A DNA stretch of 64,000 nucleotides from an uncultured bacterium (GCA_963805015.1 CAWDSL010000018.1:34852-98851), one strand, 5' to 3'; counted from the first letter of the stretch, positions 35,812 through 45,486 are shown. The notes: generated from the letters alone by a model not told the origin. Numbers and translations: made by a program.

Positions 35812-35902
35812 CGCGGGCTTGCCATTTTCCCGGCGGCGGGCGCATAATGGTCGTCCGAGTCGGATCGCTCGCGGGCGATGCACCGCTGAAAGGAGGCCGG
35901 GG

Positions 35903-36820
35903 ATGCTCCGACGCTACGTCATCGAGAACCAGAGGATCGTGCCCACGGACGACGCCAAGGCCCCGATCCTCCTCTACGTCAATCCCGACGAGTCCGAGAA
36001 GCGCCTGCTCGTCGACACCTACCAGATCGACGAGCACACCCTGAGTTCCGCCCTCGACCCCGACGAGCAGGCCCGACTCGAGTGCGAACCGGGCCACATC
36101 GCCTTCATCTACAAGCGGCCGAAGAACTATTCGGGCGAGGACCAGCTCCTGTTCAAGGCCTCGACGATGGGCGTCTTCTTCTTCGGCGAGCTGATCATCC
36201 TGGTCGTGGCCGACGACACGACCCTGTTCGAGGGCAAGCAGCTGGCCAGGGTCGGCAGCGTCCGCGAGCTCGTCATCCGCCTCATCTACCGGGCCATCTT
36301 CCACTTCATGGAGCACCTCCGGATCATCAACCAGATCGCCGACGACGTCGAGCAGAAGATCAACAAGGCCATGGAGAACCGCTTCCTCATCAACCTGTTC
36401 GCCCTCCAGAAGAGCCTGGTCTACTACCAGAACGCGGTCAACTCCAACGGCGCCCTGATCGACAAGATCCGGCACAACGCGGGGAAGTTCGGCTTCACCC
36501 AGGAAGAGATGGAGCTCCTGGACGACATCGCCGTCGAGAACAACCAGTGCTACCGCCAGGCCGAGGTCTACACCAACATCCTGGCCAGCCTGATGGACGC
36601 CCGGGCCTCCATCGTCAGCAACAACCTCAACGTCCTGATGAAGACCCTGAACATCATCACCATCTCGATCATGGTGCCGACCCTGGTCGTCTCCATCTTC
36701 TCCATGAACGTGATCCTGCCCTTCGGCCTCCACGGGCTCCCTTCCTTCTGGATCATCATGGGCCTGGCCGGCATTTCCGTGGTCGGCTTCTTCGTCTTCT
36801 GGAAATACAAGAAGTGGTAG
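35903..36820 (+). CDS. corA: CorA family divalent cation transporter
   Basis: SALDPDEQARLE; ASIVSNNLNVLMKTL; PTLVVSIFSMNV; two C-terminal TMs and KYKKW; promoter TTGCCA-N18-CATAAT. Confidence 0.9.
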   Translation: MLRRYVIENQRIVPTDDAKAPILLYVNPDESEKRLLVDTYQIDEHTLSSALDPDEQARLECEPGHIAFIYKRPKNYSGEDQLLFKASTMGVFFFGELIILVVADDTTLFEGKQLARVGSVRELVIRLIYRAIFHFMEHLRIINQIADDVEQKINKAMENRFLINLFALQKSLVYYQNAVNSNGALIDKIRHNAGKFGFTQEEMELLDDIAVENNQCYRQAEVYTNILASLMDARASIVSNNLNVLMKTLNIITISIMVPTLVVSIFSMNVILPFGLHGLPSFWIIMGLAGISVVGFFVFWKYKKW

Positions 36821-36847
36821 GCCGGCGGGACGTCCGCGGCCCCGGGC

Positions 36848-37540
36848 TTACTTCTCGGTCCTTTTGACGCTGATCGAGATCCCCCCGCCTCCCTCCACGA
36901 ACGTCGTCTCCATGAACGGGAGCGAGAGGACGTGCTCGACGAAGTCGCCGCTGCCCCAGCCGCCGCGCCTCATCCGCGCCGAGACGTTGTGGGCGACGAA
37001 CGCGCCGCCGACCGCGAGCTTGGGCAGGACGGCCGTGAAGTAGTTCTTGTACCAGTCCTTGTCGGCGTCGCAGAAGACGAAGTCGAAGGGGCCGGGCAGG
37101 GCGGGGACGAGCTCGTGGGCGTCGGCCAGGCGGGCGTCGATGAAGCCGTCGAGGCCCGCCTCGCGGAAGTTGGCCACGGCCTCGCGGTAGCGGCCTTCGT
37201 CGATGTCGATGGTGACCAGCCTGCCGCCGGTCTTGCTCAGGGCCCAGGCGATCCAGATCCCCGAATGCCCGGTCGACGTCCCGATCTCCAGGGCCCGGGT
37301 GTAGCCCTTCTCGACGATGAGGTCGTGGAGGACGCGGCCGTCGGCCTCGGGGACGTTCATGTCGCGCCAGCGGCCGGCGTGGGCCTCGAGGAAGGCCTGG
37401 ACCTTGCGGTCGAGGTCCGGCCCGCCCCGCTGGGCCTGGGAGAACCCAACGGATGAGAGGGGCATCGGGGCGGCGGGAACGGCCCTCAAGGCCGTCAGGG
37501 ACAGCGCGAGTCCAGCGGTGATAATAAGCTTCGTCGTCAT
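36848..37540 (-). CDS. O-methyltransferase (COMT/CCoAOMT-like) with predicted signal peptide
   Basis: ALEIGTSTGHSG, FDFVFCDADKDWY, GGAFVAHN; hydrophobic N-terminus; GGAGGT RBS. Confidence 0.88.
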   Translation of the reverse strand: MTTKLIITAGLALSLTALRAVPAAPMPLSSVGFSQAQRGGPDLDRKVQAFLEAHAGRWRDMNVPEADGRVLHDLIVEKGYTRALEIGTSTGHSGIWIAWALSKTGGRLVTIDIDEGRYREAVANFREAGLDGFIDARLADAHELVPALPGPFDFVFCDADKDWYKNYFTAVLPKLAVGGAFVAHNVSARMRRGGWGSGDFVEHVLSLPFMETTFVEGGGGISISVKRTEK

Positions 37541-37560
37541 GTCGGCACCTCCCCTCTGTA

Positions 37561-37589
37561 TTAGACGGCCGCGGCCCGCCGGTCTTCCC
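37561..37589 (-). promoter_or_regulatory. ECF-sigma-like promoter (GGGAAG-N16-CGTCTAA)
   Basis: Minus strand -35 at 37589-37584, -10 CGTCTAA at 37567-37561, upstream of the O-methyltransferase. Confidence 0.4.
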
Positions 37590-37683
37590 TGGAAAAGGCA
37601 GGAGAAAGCGGGAAGAAAAGAAGCCGCGACGCGTCAAAATATCTTGTGGTATAGTTCTGTGCAAATTCGCAGGAGACAAGACG

Positions 37684-39027
37684 ATGGCACATAAAACCGG
37701 AAGGGGCCGGGGAAGGCGACTGGCGGCCTTCTCGCTCGGCCTGATCATCATCCTGGCCCCCCTCGTCGCCTCCCAGGACGACCCCCTGACCCTCGACGAG
37801 GCGGTCAAGCTGGCCCTGGAGAGGAACGAACGGGCCAAAACCACTTGGGAGGAGGTCGTCGCCGCCAACGCCCGGGTCGCCCAGGCGCGGTCGTTCTTCC
37901 TCCCCTCGATCACGAGCACGGGCACGTACACCCGCAGGGCCTATGAAACCAGAAGGGTCGTCGGCGAGACCGAGGTCATCATCCAGCGCTACAACGCCCT
38001 GTCGGAGACCATCGCCCTGAACCAGACCCTGTTCGACGCCCGCAGCCTGACCAGTCTCGCGGCCGTTCGGGCCCGACGGGACGCCGATGTGGCCGCTGCC
38101 GCCGAGAGCCGGAGGCAGCTGGCTTTCGAGGTCAGCCAAGCTTTCCTGGCTACCCTGGGCACGACCCAGGTCCGGGAGGCTTCGGCCCGGCGGTTCGCCT
38201 ACGCCGGCCAGAGCCTCGAGGCGGCCAAGGCCCGTTTCGCGGCCGGCCTGGCCTCGGTCAACGACGTCACCCGGGCCGAGCTCGAGTATGCCACGGCCGA
38301 GGTCGGCTTGACCCAGGTCAAGGGGCAGGTCGAGACCAGCACCCTCCAGCTCGGCCACCTGCTCGATGCCGCGGACGCCGTCCGGGGGCCCCTCGTCGTC
38401 CCCGAGTTCCTGATCGAGGCCGCCTCCGCCGAAGCCGCTTCCGCCGAAGGGCTCATCGCCGAGGCCCTGGCGCGGCGCTTGGACGTCGGGTCCCTGCGCT
38501 CGCTGGCCTCGGCCCAGCGCTCCCTGTCCAAGCTGCCCATGCTCGGCTGGCTGCCCTCGATCGGCGCCAGTGGCCGGTACAGCCTGACGAACGAGGCCAG
38601 CTTCAACAACCGGAACTGGAACTGGAGCGTCGGCGCGACTTTGACCTGGTCGCTTTTCGACGGAGGCGCCCGGTTCGGCCAGAGCAAGGAACAAAAAGCC
38701 CTGGCCCGGATGGCCGATCTCGACCTCCAGGCGGCGACGCGCCAGGTCGACGTCGAGGTCCGGGAGGCCCTGGTCTCCTTGTCCAGCCAGCGGGCCTCTC
38801 TCAAGCAGGCCACCGTCGCCCACGAGGTCGCCAAGAAGAACGCGGCCGAAACCACCGAACTCTACCGCCAGGGCCTGGCTTCCGCCCTCGAGGTCGCCGA
38901 CGCCATCGTCAGCCTCTTCGAGGCCGAGGTCGCCCTCGTCCAGGAACGCTATGGCCTGGGTGTCGCCTTCCTCAACCTGGAAGCGGCCCTGGGACTCGAT
39001 CCCTTCGGGAAGGAGCCACGCACGTGA
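37684..39027 (+). CDS. TolC family outer-membrane efflux protein
   Basis: LTLDEAVKLALERN; ARFAAGLASVNDV; YRQGLASALEV; upstream of MFP and RND genes. Confidence 0.92.
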   Translation: MAHKTGRGRGRRLAAFSLGLIIILAPLVASQDDPLTLDEAVKLALERNERAKTTWEEVVAANARVAQARSFFLPSITSTGTYTRRAYETRRVVGETEVIIQRYNALSETIALNQTLFDARSLTSLAAVRARRDADVAAAAESRRQLAFEVSQAFLATLGTTQVREASARRFAYAGQSLEAAKARFAAGLASVNDVTRAELEYATAEVGLTQVKGQVETSTLQLGHLLDAADAVRGPLVVPEFLIEAASAEAASAEGLIAEALARRLDVGSLRSLASAQRSLSKLPMLGWLPSIGASGRYSLTNEASFNNRNWNWSVGATLTWSLFDGGARFGQSKEQKALARMADLDLQAATRQVDVEVREALVSLSSQRASLKQATVAHEVAKKNAAETTELYRQGLASALEVADAIVSLFEAEVALVQERYGLGVAFLNLEAALGLDPFGKEPRT

Positions 39028-40166
39028 TCCCCATGAAATACCGGAAGCTCGTCGTCGTCCTCGCCGCCGCGGCGCTCGCCGTTTCCCTCGGCGCCTGCAA
39101 GAAGAAGGACGCCGGACCCGCCGGCGGGCCCGGCGGCCGGGCCCGCATCCAGTTCCCCGTCGATGTGGAACAGGTCCGGGTCCAGTCCCTTGTCTATTCC
39201 GTCACGGCGGTCGGTTCCGTCGAGGCCTTCGAGAAGGTCCAGGTCACGGCCCGGGTCTCCGGCGCCGTCGACCGCGTCCGGTTCTCCGAGGGGGAATTCG
39301 CCGCCGCCGGCCAGGTCCTGGTCGAGATCGAGACCGAGCGCTACCGGCTGGCCGTCGAATCGGCCCAGGCCTCGTTCGAGAAGGCCGAAGCCTCCAAGGC
39401 CGACGCCGAGGCCGGACTCAAGCGGCGCGAGACGGTCACGACCCAGAATCCCGGCCTCATCCCGGGCGAAGAGGTCGAGACCTGGCGGACCAAGGTGTTG
39501 ACCGCCGCCTCCGAAGTGGCCGAGAAGCGCTCGGCCCTCAACCAGGCCAAGCTCAACCTCAGCGACGCTTTCGTCAAGGCCCCCATCCCGGGGATCATCC
39601 AGACGCGGACGGTCCAGACCGGCCAGTTCGTCCAGGCCGGCGCCGTCCTGGCGACGCTCGTCCGCCGCGACCCGCTCCTCCTCAGGTTCCGCGTCCCCGA
39701 GCGCGACGCGGCCCGGATCAAGCCGGGACAGAAGGCGGCCTTCCGCGTCCGTGAGGACAGCCGCGAGTTCTCGGCCAAGGTCGTCCACGTGGCCGAGTCG
39801 GCCGACGACACCTCGCGCCTGGTGGACATCACGGCCCATATCGACGACGCGGGCGACCGGGCCCTCCGGCCGGGTTCCTTCGCCGAGATCACGGTGCCCG
39901 TCGCCTCGGCCAGCGAAGCCCCCGTCATTCCGGTCGCCGCGGTCCGCCCGAGCGAACGCGGCTTCCTGGCCTATGTCGTCGAAGGCGACAAGGCCGTCGA
40001 GCGCATCCTGACCTTGGGCATGAGGTCGGCCGACGGCCGCGTCGAGGTCCTCTCCGGTTTGAGCGGCGGCGAATCGCTCGTCGTCCGCGGCTCCGAGGCC
40101 CTCTCGAACGGCGCCTCGGTGCGGATCGGCGCCCCGGCCGCCCCGGCCGCGGCCGAAAAGAAATAA
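39024..40166 (+). CDS. RND efflux periplasmic adaptor (MFP) lipoprotein
   Basis: Lipobox SLGAC; VTARVSGAV...GQVLVEI; VKAPIPG; LRPGSFA. Confidence 0.93.
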   Translation: MIPMKYRKLVVVLAAAALAVSLGACKKKDAGPAGGPGGRARIQFPVDVEQVRVQSLVYSVTAVGSVEAFEKVQVTARVSGAVDRVRFSEGEFAAAGQVLVEIETERYRLAVESAQASFEKAEASKADAEAGLKRRETVTTQNPGLIPGEEVETWRTKVLTAASEVAEKRSALNQAKLNLSDAFVKAPIPGIIQTRTVQTGQFVQAGAVLATLVRRDPLLLRFRVPERDAARIKPGQKAAFRVREDSREFSAKVVHVAESADDTSRLVDITAHIDDAGDRALRPGSFAEITVPVASASEAPVIPVAAVRPSERGFLAYVVEGDKAVERILTLGMRSADGRVEVLSGLSGGESLVVRGSEALSNGASVRIGAPAAPAAAEKK

Positions 40167-40177
40167 GGACCGGTCCC

Positions 40178-43100
40178 ATGAACCTCACCGAAGCCTGCGT
40201 CAGAAAACCCGTCCTGGCCTGGATGCTCATGGCCGCCACCGTCGTCTTCGGCGTCGTCGCCGGCGGGCGGATCGGCATCAGCCAGTTCCCCGACGTCGAT
40301 TTTCCGACCATCAACGTTTCCGCCACCTGGGAAGGGGCGGCCCCGGAGGTCATGGAGAACGAGGTCGTCGAGACGCTCGAAGAAGCCCTCATCCAGGTCG
40401 AGGGCGTCCGGACGCTGACCTCGAGCTCGCGCCAGGGATCGTGCAACATCACCGTCGAGATCGAGCTCTCGCGGGACGTCGATCTGGCCCTCCAGGACGT
40501 CCAGGCCAAGGTCTCCCAAGCCGCGCGCCGCCTGCCGCGCGACATGGACCCGCCCGTCACGTCCAAACAGAATCCCGAGGACCAGCCCATCATGATGGCC
40601 CGCCTGGCCGGGCCCTATCCCCAGCGCGTTCTCAGCGACTACGTCCGGTACGGCCTCAAGGAGCGGCTCCAGACGATCCCGGGCATCGGCGAGATCTCCC
40701 TCATGGGCACGCTCGAGCGGAATATCCGTATCTGGCTCGACGCGGCCCGGCTCGACGAGAAGGGCCTGACCGTGCGCGACGTCATCTCGGCCCTCCAGCG
40801 GGAGCACATCGAGCTGCCCGCCGGGCGGCTCGAGACGACCGGGCGCGAGGTCAACGTCCGCGTCCTGGGCGAGGCCGTCGACCTCGAGACCCTGCGCAAG
40901 ATCGTCGTCCGCGAGGTCGATGGGAGCCCGATCTATATCAGCGACGTCGCCCTGGTCGAGGACGGCTTCGAGGACGTCCGGCGCCTGGCCCGCATGGACG
41001 GCGGCCCGGCCCAGGGCATCGGCATCAAGAAGCAGCGCGGCGCCAACGCCGTGGCCCTGGCCAAGAGCGTTCGCGAGGCCATCGAGGAGTACAGCAAGAC
41101 CCTGCCGGCCGACATGACCGTCGGCATCACCAACGACAGCACGGAGTTCATCCGCCATTCGGTCAACGAGATCCAGTTCGAGCTCCTGCTCTCCGTCGTC
41201 CTCACGGCCTTCGTCTGCTGGCTGTTCCTGGGATCGCTCTCGAGCACCCTCAACGTCATCCTGGCCATTCCCATGTCGCTCCTCGGCACGGTGGCCATCA
41301 TCTATTTCCTCGGCTTCACCTTCAACACCTTCACCCTTCTCGCCCTGGCCCTGGCCGTCGGCATCGTCGTCGACGACGCCATCATGGTCATGGAGAACAT
41401 CTTCCGCCACCGCGAGGGCGGCAAGGCCCTCGTGCCGGCCGCGCTCGAGGGGACGAAGGAGATCGCCTTTGCCGCCCTGGCCGCGACCCTGGCCGTCGTG
41501 GCCATCTTCCTTCCCGTCGTGTTCATGAAGGGCATCATCGGCCGCTATTTCCTCCAGTTCGGCATCACGCTCTGTCTCGCCGTCCTCTTGTCCTATGTCG
41601 AAGCGGTCACCCTGGCCCCGGCCCGCTGCTCGCAGTTCCTCAAGACGACGCGGGAAGGCCGGAACAAGGTCGGGCTGGCCGTCGACCGGGCCTTCAGCAG
41701 GCTCGAAGGGACCTACGGCCGGATCCTGCACGGCAGCCTCCGCAAGCCCGGCCTGATCCTCGTCCTCGCCGCGGCCCTCTTCGCCGCGGCCCTGGCCGTC
41801 TTCACGATGATGCCGAGCGAGTTCGTGCCCTCCCAGGACCAGAGCCGGGTCTCGATCCGCATCCAGACCGCCGTCGGATCGGATATCTCCGAGACCGATG
41901 CCCTCCTCATCAAGGCCGAGGAGGTCGTCAACGCGCACCCGGAGGTCACCCAGACCTTCAGCTTCGTCGGCGGCATGGGCGGCGGCGGCGGGGTCAACTC
42001 CGGGATGATGTTCCTGACCCTGGTGCCCCCGTCCGAGCGGAAGATGAATCAGGCCGAGTTCTCGGCCGTTCTCCGCCGCGAGCTCAACGCGATCCCCGGC
42101 GTCCGGGCGGTCATCCAGGACACGTCGCAGCAGGGATTCACGGCCCAGCGCGGCTTCCCGATCGAGTTCTCCCTTCGCGGCGCCGACTGGAACGAGCTCG
42201 TCCCCCTGAGCCAGAAGCTCATGGGGGAGCTCACGGAGAGCGGGACGGTCACCGACCTCGACTCGGACTACCGCGTCGGCATGCCCGAGCTGAGGGTGAC
42301 CCCGGACCGGGCCGTGTGCTCCGACGTCGGCGTCTCCGTCGACGACGTGGCCACGACCATCAACGCCCTGGTCGGCGGCATCCGGGTCGGCAAGTACAGC
42401 ACGGGCGGCCGCCGACTCGACGTCCGGCTCAAGCTCATGGCCGGGCAGAGGTCGAGGCCCGAGGACATCTCGCGCCTGCGAGTCCGGGCCGGCAACGGCG
42501 AGCTCGTTCCGCTCTCCTCGCTCGTCCTCTTCGAGGAGCAGGCCGCCCTCCAGGCCATCACCCGGAGGGACCGCGAAAGGGCCATTTCCATCTTCGCCAA
42601 CGTCGCCCCGGGCCATTCCCAGGGCGAGGCCCTGCGGGTCATCGAGGGGCTCGGCGAAACCCTGCCCGTCGGCTATCGCGTCGTCCTGGGCGGATCGAGC
42701 CTGGCCTTCCGGGACTCGATGAGCTCGCTGCTCTTCGCCATGTTCCTGGGCGTGGCCATCGCCTATATGATCCTGGGCTCGCAGTTCAACTCGTTCAAGG
42801 ACCCGGTGACGATCATCACCATCCTGCCGCTGTCCATCGCCGGCGCGGCCTTCGCCCTGCTGGTCACCGGGCAGTCGCTGAACATCTTCAGCATGATCGG
42901 ACTGCTGCTGCTCATGGGCATCGTCAAGAAGAACTCCATCATCCTGGTCGACTACGCCAACGCCTTCAAGGACAAGGGATTCGGGGCGCGGGAGGCCATG
43001 GAGAAGGCCGGGCCGATCCGGCTGCGGCCCATCCTGATGACGGCCACGGCGACGCTGATGGCGGCCATCCCGCCGGCCCTGGGATTGGGGTCGGGCGCGG

Positions 43101-43258
43101 AGATCCGGAGGCCGATGGGCATCGCCGTCATCGGCGGGCTGGTCCTGTCGACGGCCCTCAGCTTGATCGTCGTCCCGGCGTTCTACGTCGTCGCGGACAA
43201 GCTCAAACGGGGCAAACGGGGTCGGACTTCAGTTTCTGAAGTGGAATCAACACGTTAG
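40178..43258 (+). CDS. RND efflux transporter permease (AcrB/MdtB-like)
   Basis: FPDVDFP; GIVVDDAIMVMENI; GIVKKNSIILVD; RLRPILMT; 1026 aa intact. Confidence 0.96.
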   Translation: MNLTEACVRKPVLAWMLMAATVVFGVVAGGRIGISQFPDVDFPTINVSATWEGAAPEVMENEVVETLEEALIQVEGVRTLTSSSRQGSCNITVEIELSRDVDLALQDVQAKVSQAARRLPRDMDPPVTSKQNPEDQPIMMARLAGPYPQRVLSDYVRYGLKERLQTIPGIGEISLMGTLERNIRIWLDAARLDEKGLTVRDVISALQREHIELPAGRLETTGREVNVRVLGEAVDLETLRKIVVREVDGSPIYISDVALVEDGFEDVRRLARMDGGPAQGIGIKKQRGANAVALAKSVREAIEEYSKTLPADMTVGITNDSTEFIRHSVNEIQFELLLSVVLTAFVCWLFLGSLSSTLNVILAIPMSLLGTVAIIYFLGFTFNTFTLLALALAVGIVVDDAIMVMENIFRHREGGKALVPAALEGTKEIAFAALAATLAVVAIFLPVVFMKGIIGRYFLQFGITLCLAVLLSYVEAVTLAPARCSQFLKTTREGRNKVGLAVDRAFSRLEGTYGRILHGSLRKPGLILVLAAALFAAALAVFTMMPSEFVPSQDQSRVSIRIQTAVGSDISETDALLIKAEEVVNAHPEVTQTFSFVGGMGGGGGVNSGMMFLTLVPPSERKMNQAEFSAVLRRELNAIPGVRAVIQDTSQQGFTAQRGFPIEFSLRGADWNELVPLSQKLMGELTESGTVTDLDSDYRVGMPELRVTPDRAVCSDVGVSVDDVATTINALVGGIRVGKYSTGGRRLDVRLKLMAGQRSRPEDISRLRVRAGNGELVPLSSLVLFEEQAALQAITRRDRERAISIFANVAPGHSQGEALRVIEGLGETLPVGYRVVLGGSSLAFRDSMSSLLFAMFLGVAIAYMILGSQFNSFKDPVTIITILPLSIAGAAFALLVTGQSLNIFSMIGLLLLMGIVKKNSIILVDYANAFKDKGFGAREAMEKAGPIRLRPILMTATATLMAAIPPALGLGSGAEIRRPMGIAVIGGLVLSTALSLIVVPAFYVVADKLKRGKRGRTSVSEVESTR

Positions 43259-43343
43259 CTGAATATTAGAGCCTGACATCAAAGGCATCTCCTTCAAATA
43301 GAAGGAGAAGCTAAACGAGCGTGCGCGTTTTTTGCCCCAAAAA
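43216..43343 (+). repeat. Non-coding element copy A (ACGGGGTCGGAC-N17-IHF consensus ... TTTTTGCC-CAAAAA tail)
   Basis: First 42 bp are 32/42 identical (ungapped) to the reverse complement of 44610-44651; AATCAACACGTTA (43245-43257) matches WATCAANNNNTTR. Confidence 0.7.
43288..43308. terminator. Hairpin between convergent genes (possible terminator)
   Basis: TCTCCTTC-AAATA-GAAGGAGA, perfect 8-bp stem; no immediate U-tract. Confidence 0.4.
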
Positions 43344-43364
43344 TAGGGCCGGCGGGTCATACCG

Positions 43365-43964
43365 CTATATCTTCTTGTCAGACGCGCCCGGCTTGGTGAT
43401 GGGCATTCCCTTGGCGCAGAAGGGGCAGACGTCCGGCTCGAAGGCCTCGACCTTGAGGGCCAGGAGGCTGCCGACCGGCTTGCCCTCGATGGGCACGGAG
43501 CCGGCGCTGCGGTCGACGAGGACGTAGATCCCGGCGACCGAGACCTGGCGCTCGCGGAGGCAGGCCAGGACCTCCTGGATGGACCCGCCCGTCGTCAGGA
43601 TGTCCTCGACGATGACGGCCTTCGAGCCGTCGAGCCCCGCAAAGCCCGAGCGGACGGTCATCTTCTCGTCGGCCCGCTGGCTGAAAGCGAACTTCTTGCC
43701 CAGCTTGAGGGCGGTCAGGAAGCCGATGGCGATGGCGCCGTAGGCGGGGGAGACGACATAGTCGAAGTCGGGGACCTCGCGCCGGATCTTGGCGGCCAGG
43801 AGATCGACGATCTTCTCGAGCGCGGACGGCTTGTCGATGAGCCGGATCTTCTCGAAGTACCACTCGGAGTGCTTGCCCGAGGTCAGCTTGAAGTGGCCCT
43901 GGAGCAGGGCGTCGCATTCCTTGAAGAGGCTGAGGACGATCTCGTTCTCGGATAGGGGTGTCAT
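43365..43964 (-). CDS. pyrE: Orotate phosphoribosyltransferase
   Basis: GHFKLTSGKHS; PRPP motif VIVEDILTTGGS; LVDRS; C-terminal CPFCAKGMPITKPG. Confidence 0.92.
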   Translation of the reverse strand: MTPLSENEIVLSLFKECDALLQGHFKLTSGKHSEWYFEKIRLIDKPSALEKIVDLLAAKIRREVPDFDYVVSPAYGAIAIGFLTALKLGKKFAFSQRADEKMTVRSGFAGLDGSKAVIVEDILTTGGSIQEVLACLRERQVSVAGIYVLVDRSAGSVPIEGKPVGSLLALKVEAFEPDVCPFCAKGMPITKPGASDKKI

Positions 43965-44079
43965 CGAGGTTCTCCTTTGCGGCGGCCTTGAGCGCGGGCC
44001 CGATTATAGCGGGAACGCGAGGCCGGGACAAGTCGGCGGCGGCCTTGCGGGCCGCCGGGAAATATGCTACATCCGGGCC

Positions 44080-44487
44080 ATGAGCGACGCGTTCCGCGAC
44101 GACCGGACCTGTTTCATCTGCGGCGAGAAGAACCCGATCGGCTTGAAGCTGCGCCTCCGGACCGATCCGGAGCGCGGGGAATCGGCGGCCGACGTCGTCT
44201 TCCCCTCCGAATTCCAGGGTTGGGCCGGGATCGTCCATGGCGGTCTGCTGGCCTCGGTCCTCGACGAGGCCCTGATCTACGCCGCGGGCGCCAAGGGCCA
44301 CATGTGCGTCACCGGCGAGATCACCGTGCGCTATGTCAAACCGGCCCGGACCTGCGTCGCTTACGCCCTGAAGGGCCGCTTCCTCGAGGACAAGGGCCGC
44401 ATCGTCCTGGCCGAGAGCTTTCTTTTCGATGCCGACGGACAGGAAGTCGCCAGGGCAACGGGCAAGCTCTTCAAGACGAAGCTCTGA
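44080..44487 (+). CDS. PaaI family thioesterase (hot-dog fold)
   Basis: CFICGEKNPIGL; FQGWAGIVHGGLLASVLDEA; VTGEITVRYVKP. Confidence 0.92.
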   Translation: MSDAFRDDRTCFICGEKNPIGLKLRLRTDPERGESAADVVFPSEFQGWAGIVHGGLLASVLDEALIYAAGAKGHMCVTGEITVRYVKPARTCVAYALKGRFLEDKGRIVLAESFLFDADGQEVARATGKLFKTKL

Positions 44488-44513
44488 CGTCCCGCCCGTC
44501 AACATAACGACGC

Positions 44514-44651
44514 TTTTTGACGGCAAAAATCGTAGATATCGTTTTGGCCGGTTCTGCTATCTTTAAGAAAACTAATGAGATAGACGAAGATGCGCCGAAG
44601 GTGTATTAGTAACGTGCTGATTTTTATAGAGAACCTGCGGTCCGACCCCGT
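44514..44651 (-). repeat. Non-coding element copy B (inverted relative to copy A)
   Basis: Minus strand ACGGGGTCGGAC-N17-AATCAGCACGTTA begins at the first base after the TSUP stop codon; tail GATTTTTGCCGTCAAAAA; AT-rich. Confidence 0.7.
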
Positions 44652-45428
44652 CTAAAAGAAGAAGAAACGGACGGCGACGAAGAGGAGGAAGACGCCGTAG
44701 AGCAGCTTGACCGTCCGCGAGGGCATACGGATGGTGATGCGGGCGCCGACGACGGTACCCAGGAAGAGCCCCAGGGCGATCCAGGCCGCCGCCCCGAGAT
44801 CGAGGTTCCCCGCGTGGTGATAATAGAGAACCCCGGGCAGGCCGAACGGGAAGAGGATGGCGCCGAGCGAGGTGGCGATGGCCCGCTTCGGCGGATAGTG
44901 CAGAACCAGCGTCAGCAGCGGCACGATGATGTTGCCGCCGCCGATGCCGAACATCCCGGCCATGACCCCGGCCAGCAGGCCGACGCCGACGAGGGTGACG
45001 GCCGGCGGCTTCGGATCCGTTTCCGCATCCGGCGCCGCCACCTGTTTCCTCCGCCATTCCCGAAAGCGGCGCACCGGATCGATGAAGTTCCATCCCACGT
45101 AGAGACAGAACAGCGCGAAGAACCTGCGCATCAGGTCGACCGGGAGGGTGTTGGCCAGCCAGGCCCCGACCACGACCGAGGCCAGCAGGCCCGAGGCGAT
45201 CCAGGCCGAAGCCCTCAGATCGATGATCTTAGCCTTATGGTAGGCCAGGACGCCCAAGATCCCGACCGGAAGCAGAATGGCCGCGAGGGACGTCCCCGTC
45301 GCCCGGACGAGCGGGAAACCGGCCAGCAGGATGAGCGCCGGGACGATGATGATGCCGCCGCCGATGCCGAAAAGTCCGGCGAAGATCCCTGCCGCCGCCC
45401 CGACCAGGATGAGCCACGGTCCTTCCAT
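44652..45428 (-). CDS. TauE/SafE (TSUP) family membrane transporter
   Basis: Duplicated GLFGIGGG / GMFGIGGG and ATGTSL / AIATSL repeats; TATAAT-7nt-ATG at 45428. Confidence 0.92.
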   Translation of the reverse strand: MEGPWLILVGAAAGIFAGLFGIGGGIIIVPALILLAGFPLVRATGTSLAAILLPVGILGVLAYHKAKIIDLRASAWIASGLLASVVVGAWLANTLPVDLMRRFFALFCLYVGWNFIDPVRRFREWRRKQVAAPDAETDPKPPAVTLVGVGLLAGVMAGMFGIGGGNIIVPLLTLVLHYPPKRAIATSLGAILFPFGLPGVLYYHHAGNLDLGAAAWIALGLFLGTVVGARITIRMPSRTVKLLYGVFLLFVAVRFFFF

Positions 45429-45486
45429 GTCCGGGATTATAATGGATTGCGCAGCCCTATGGTATATTGAATGCTCCGGAGGACCC

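Noticed and set aside
35849-35902. Metal-sensing (M-box) or fluoride riboswitch upstream of corA
   Set aside because: The leader is only ~50 nt with small hairpins and lacks the conserved cores of those riboswitches.
39971-42616. Long antisense and alternate-frame ORFs (881 aa, 932 aa and many similar)
   Set aside because: These are shadow ORFs expected in high-GC DNA opposite real genes; they have no RBS or protein motifs.
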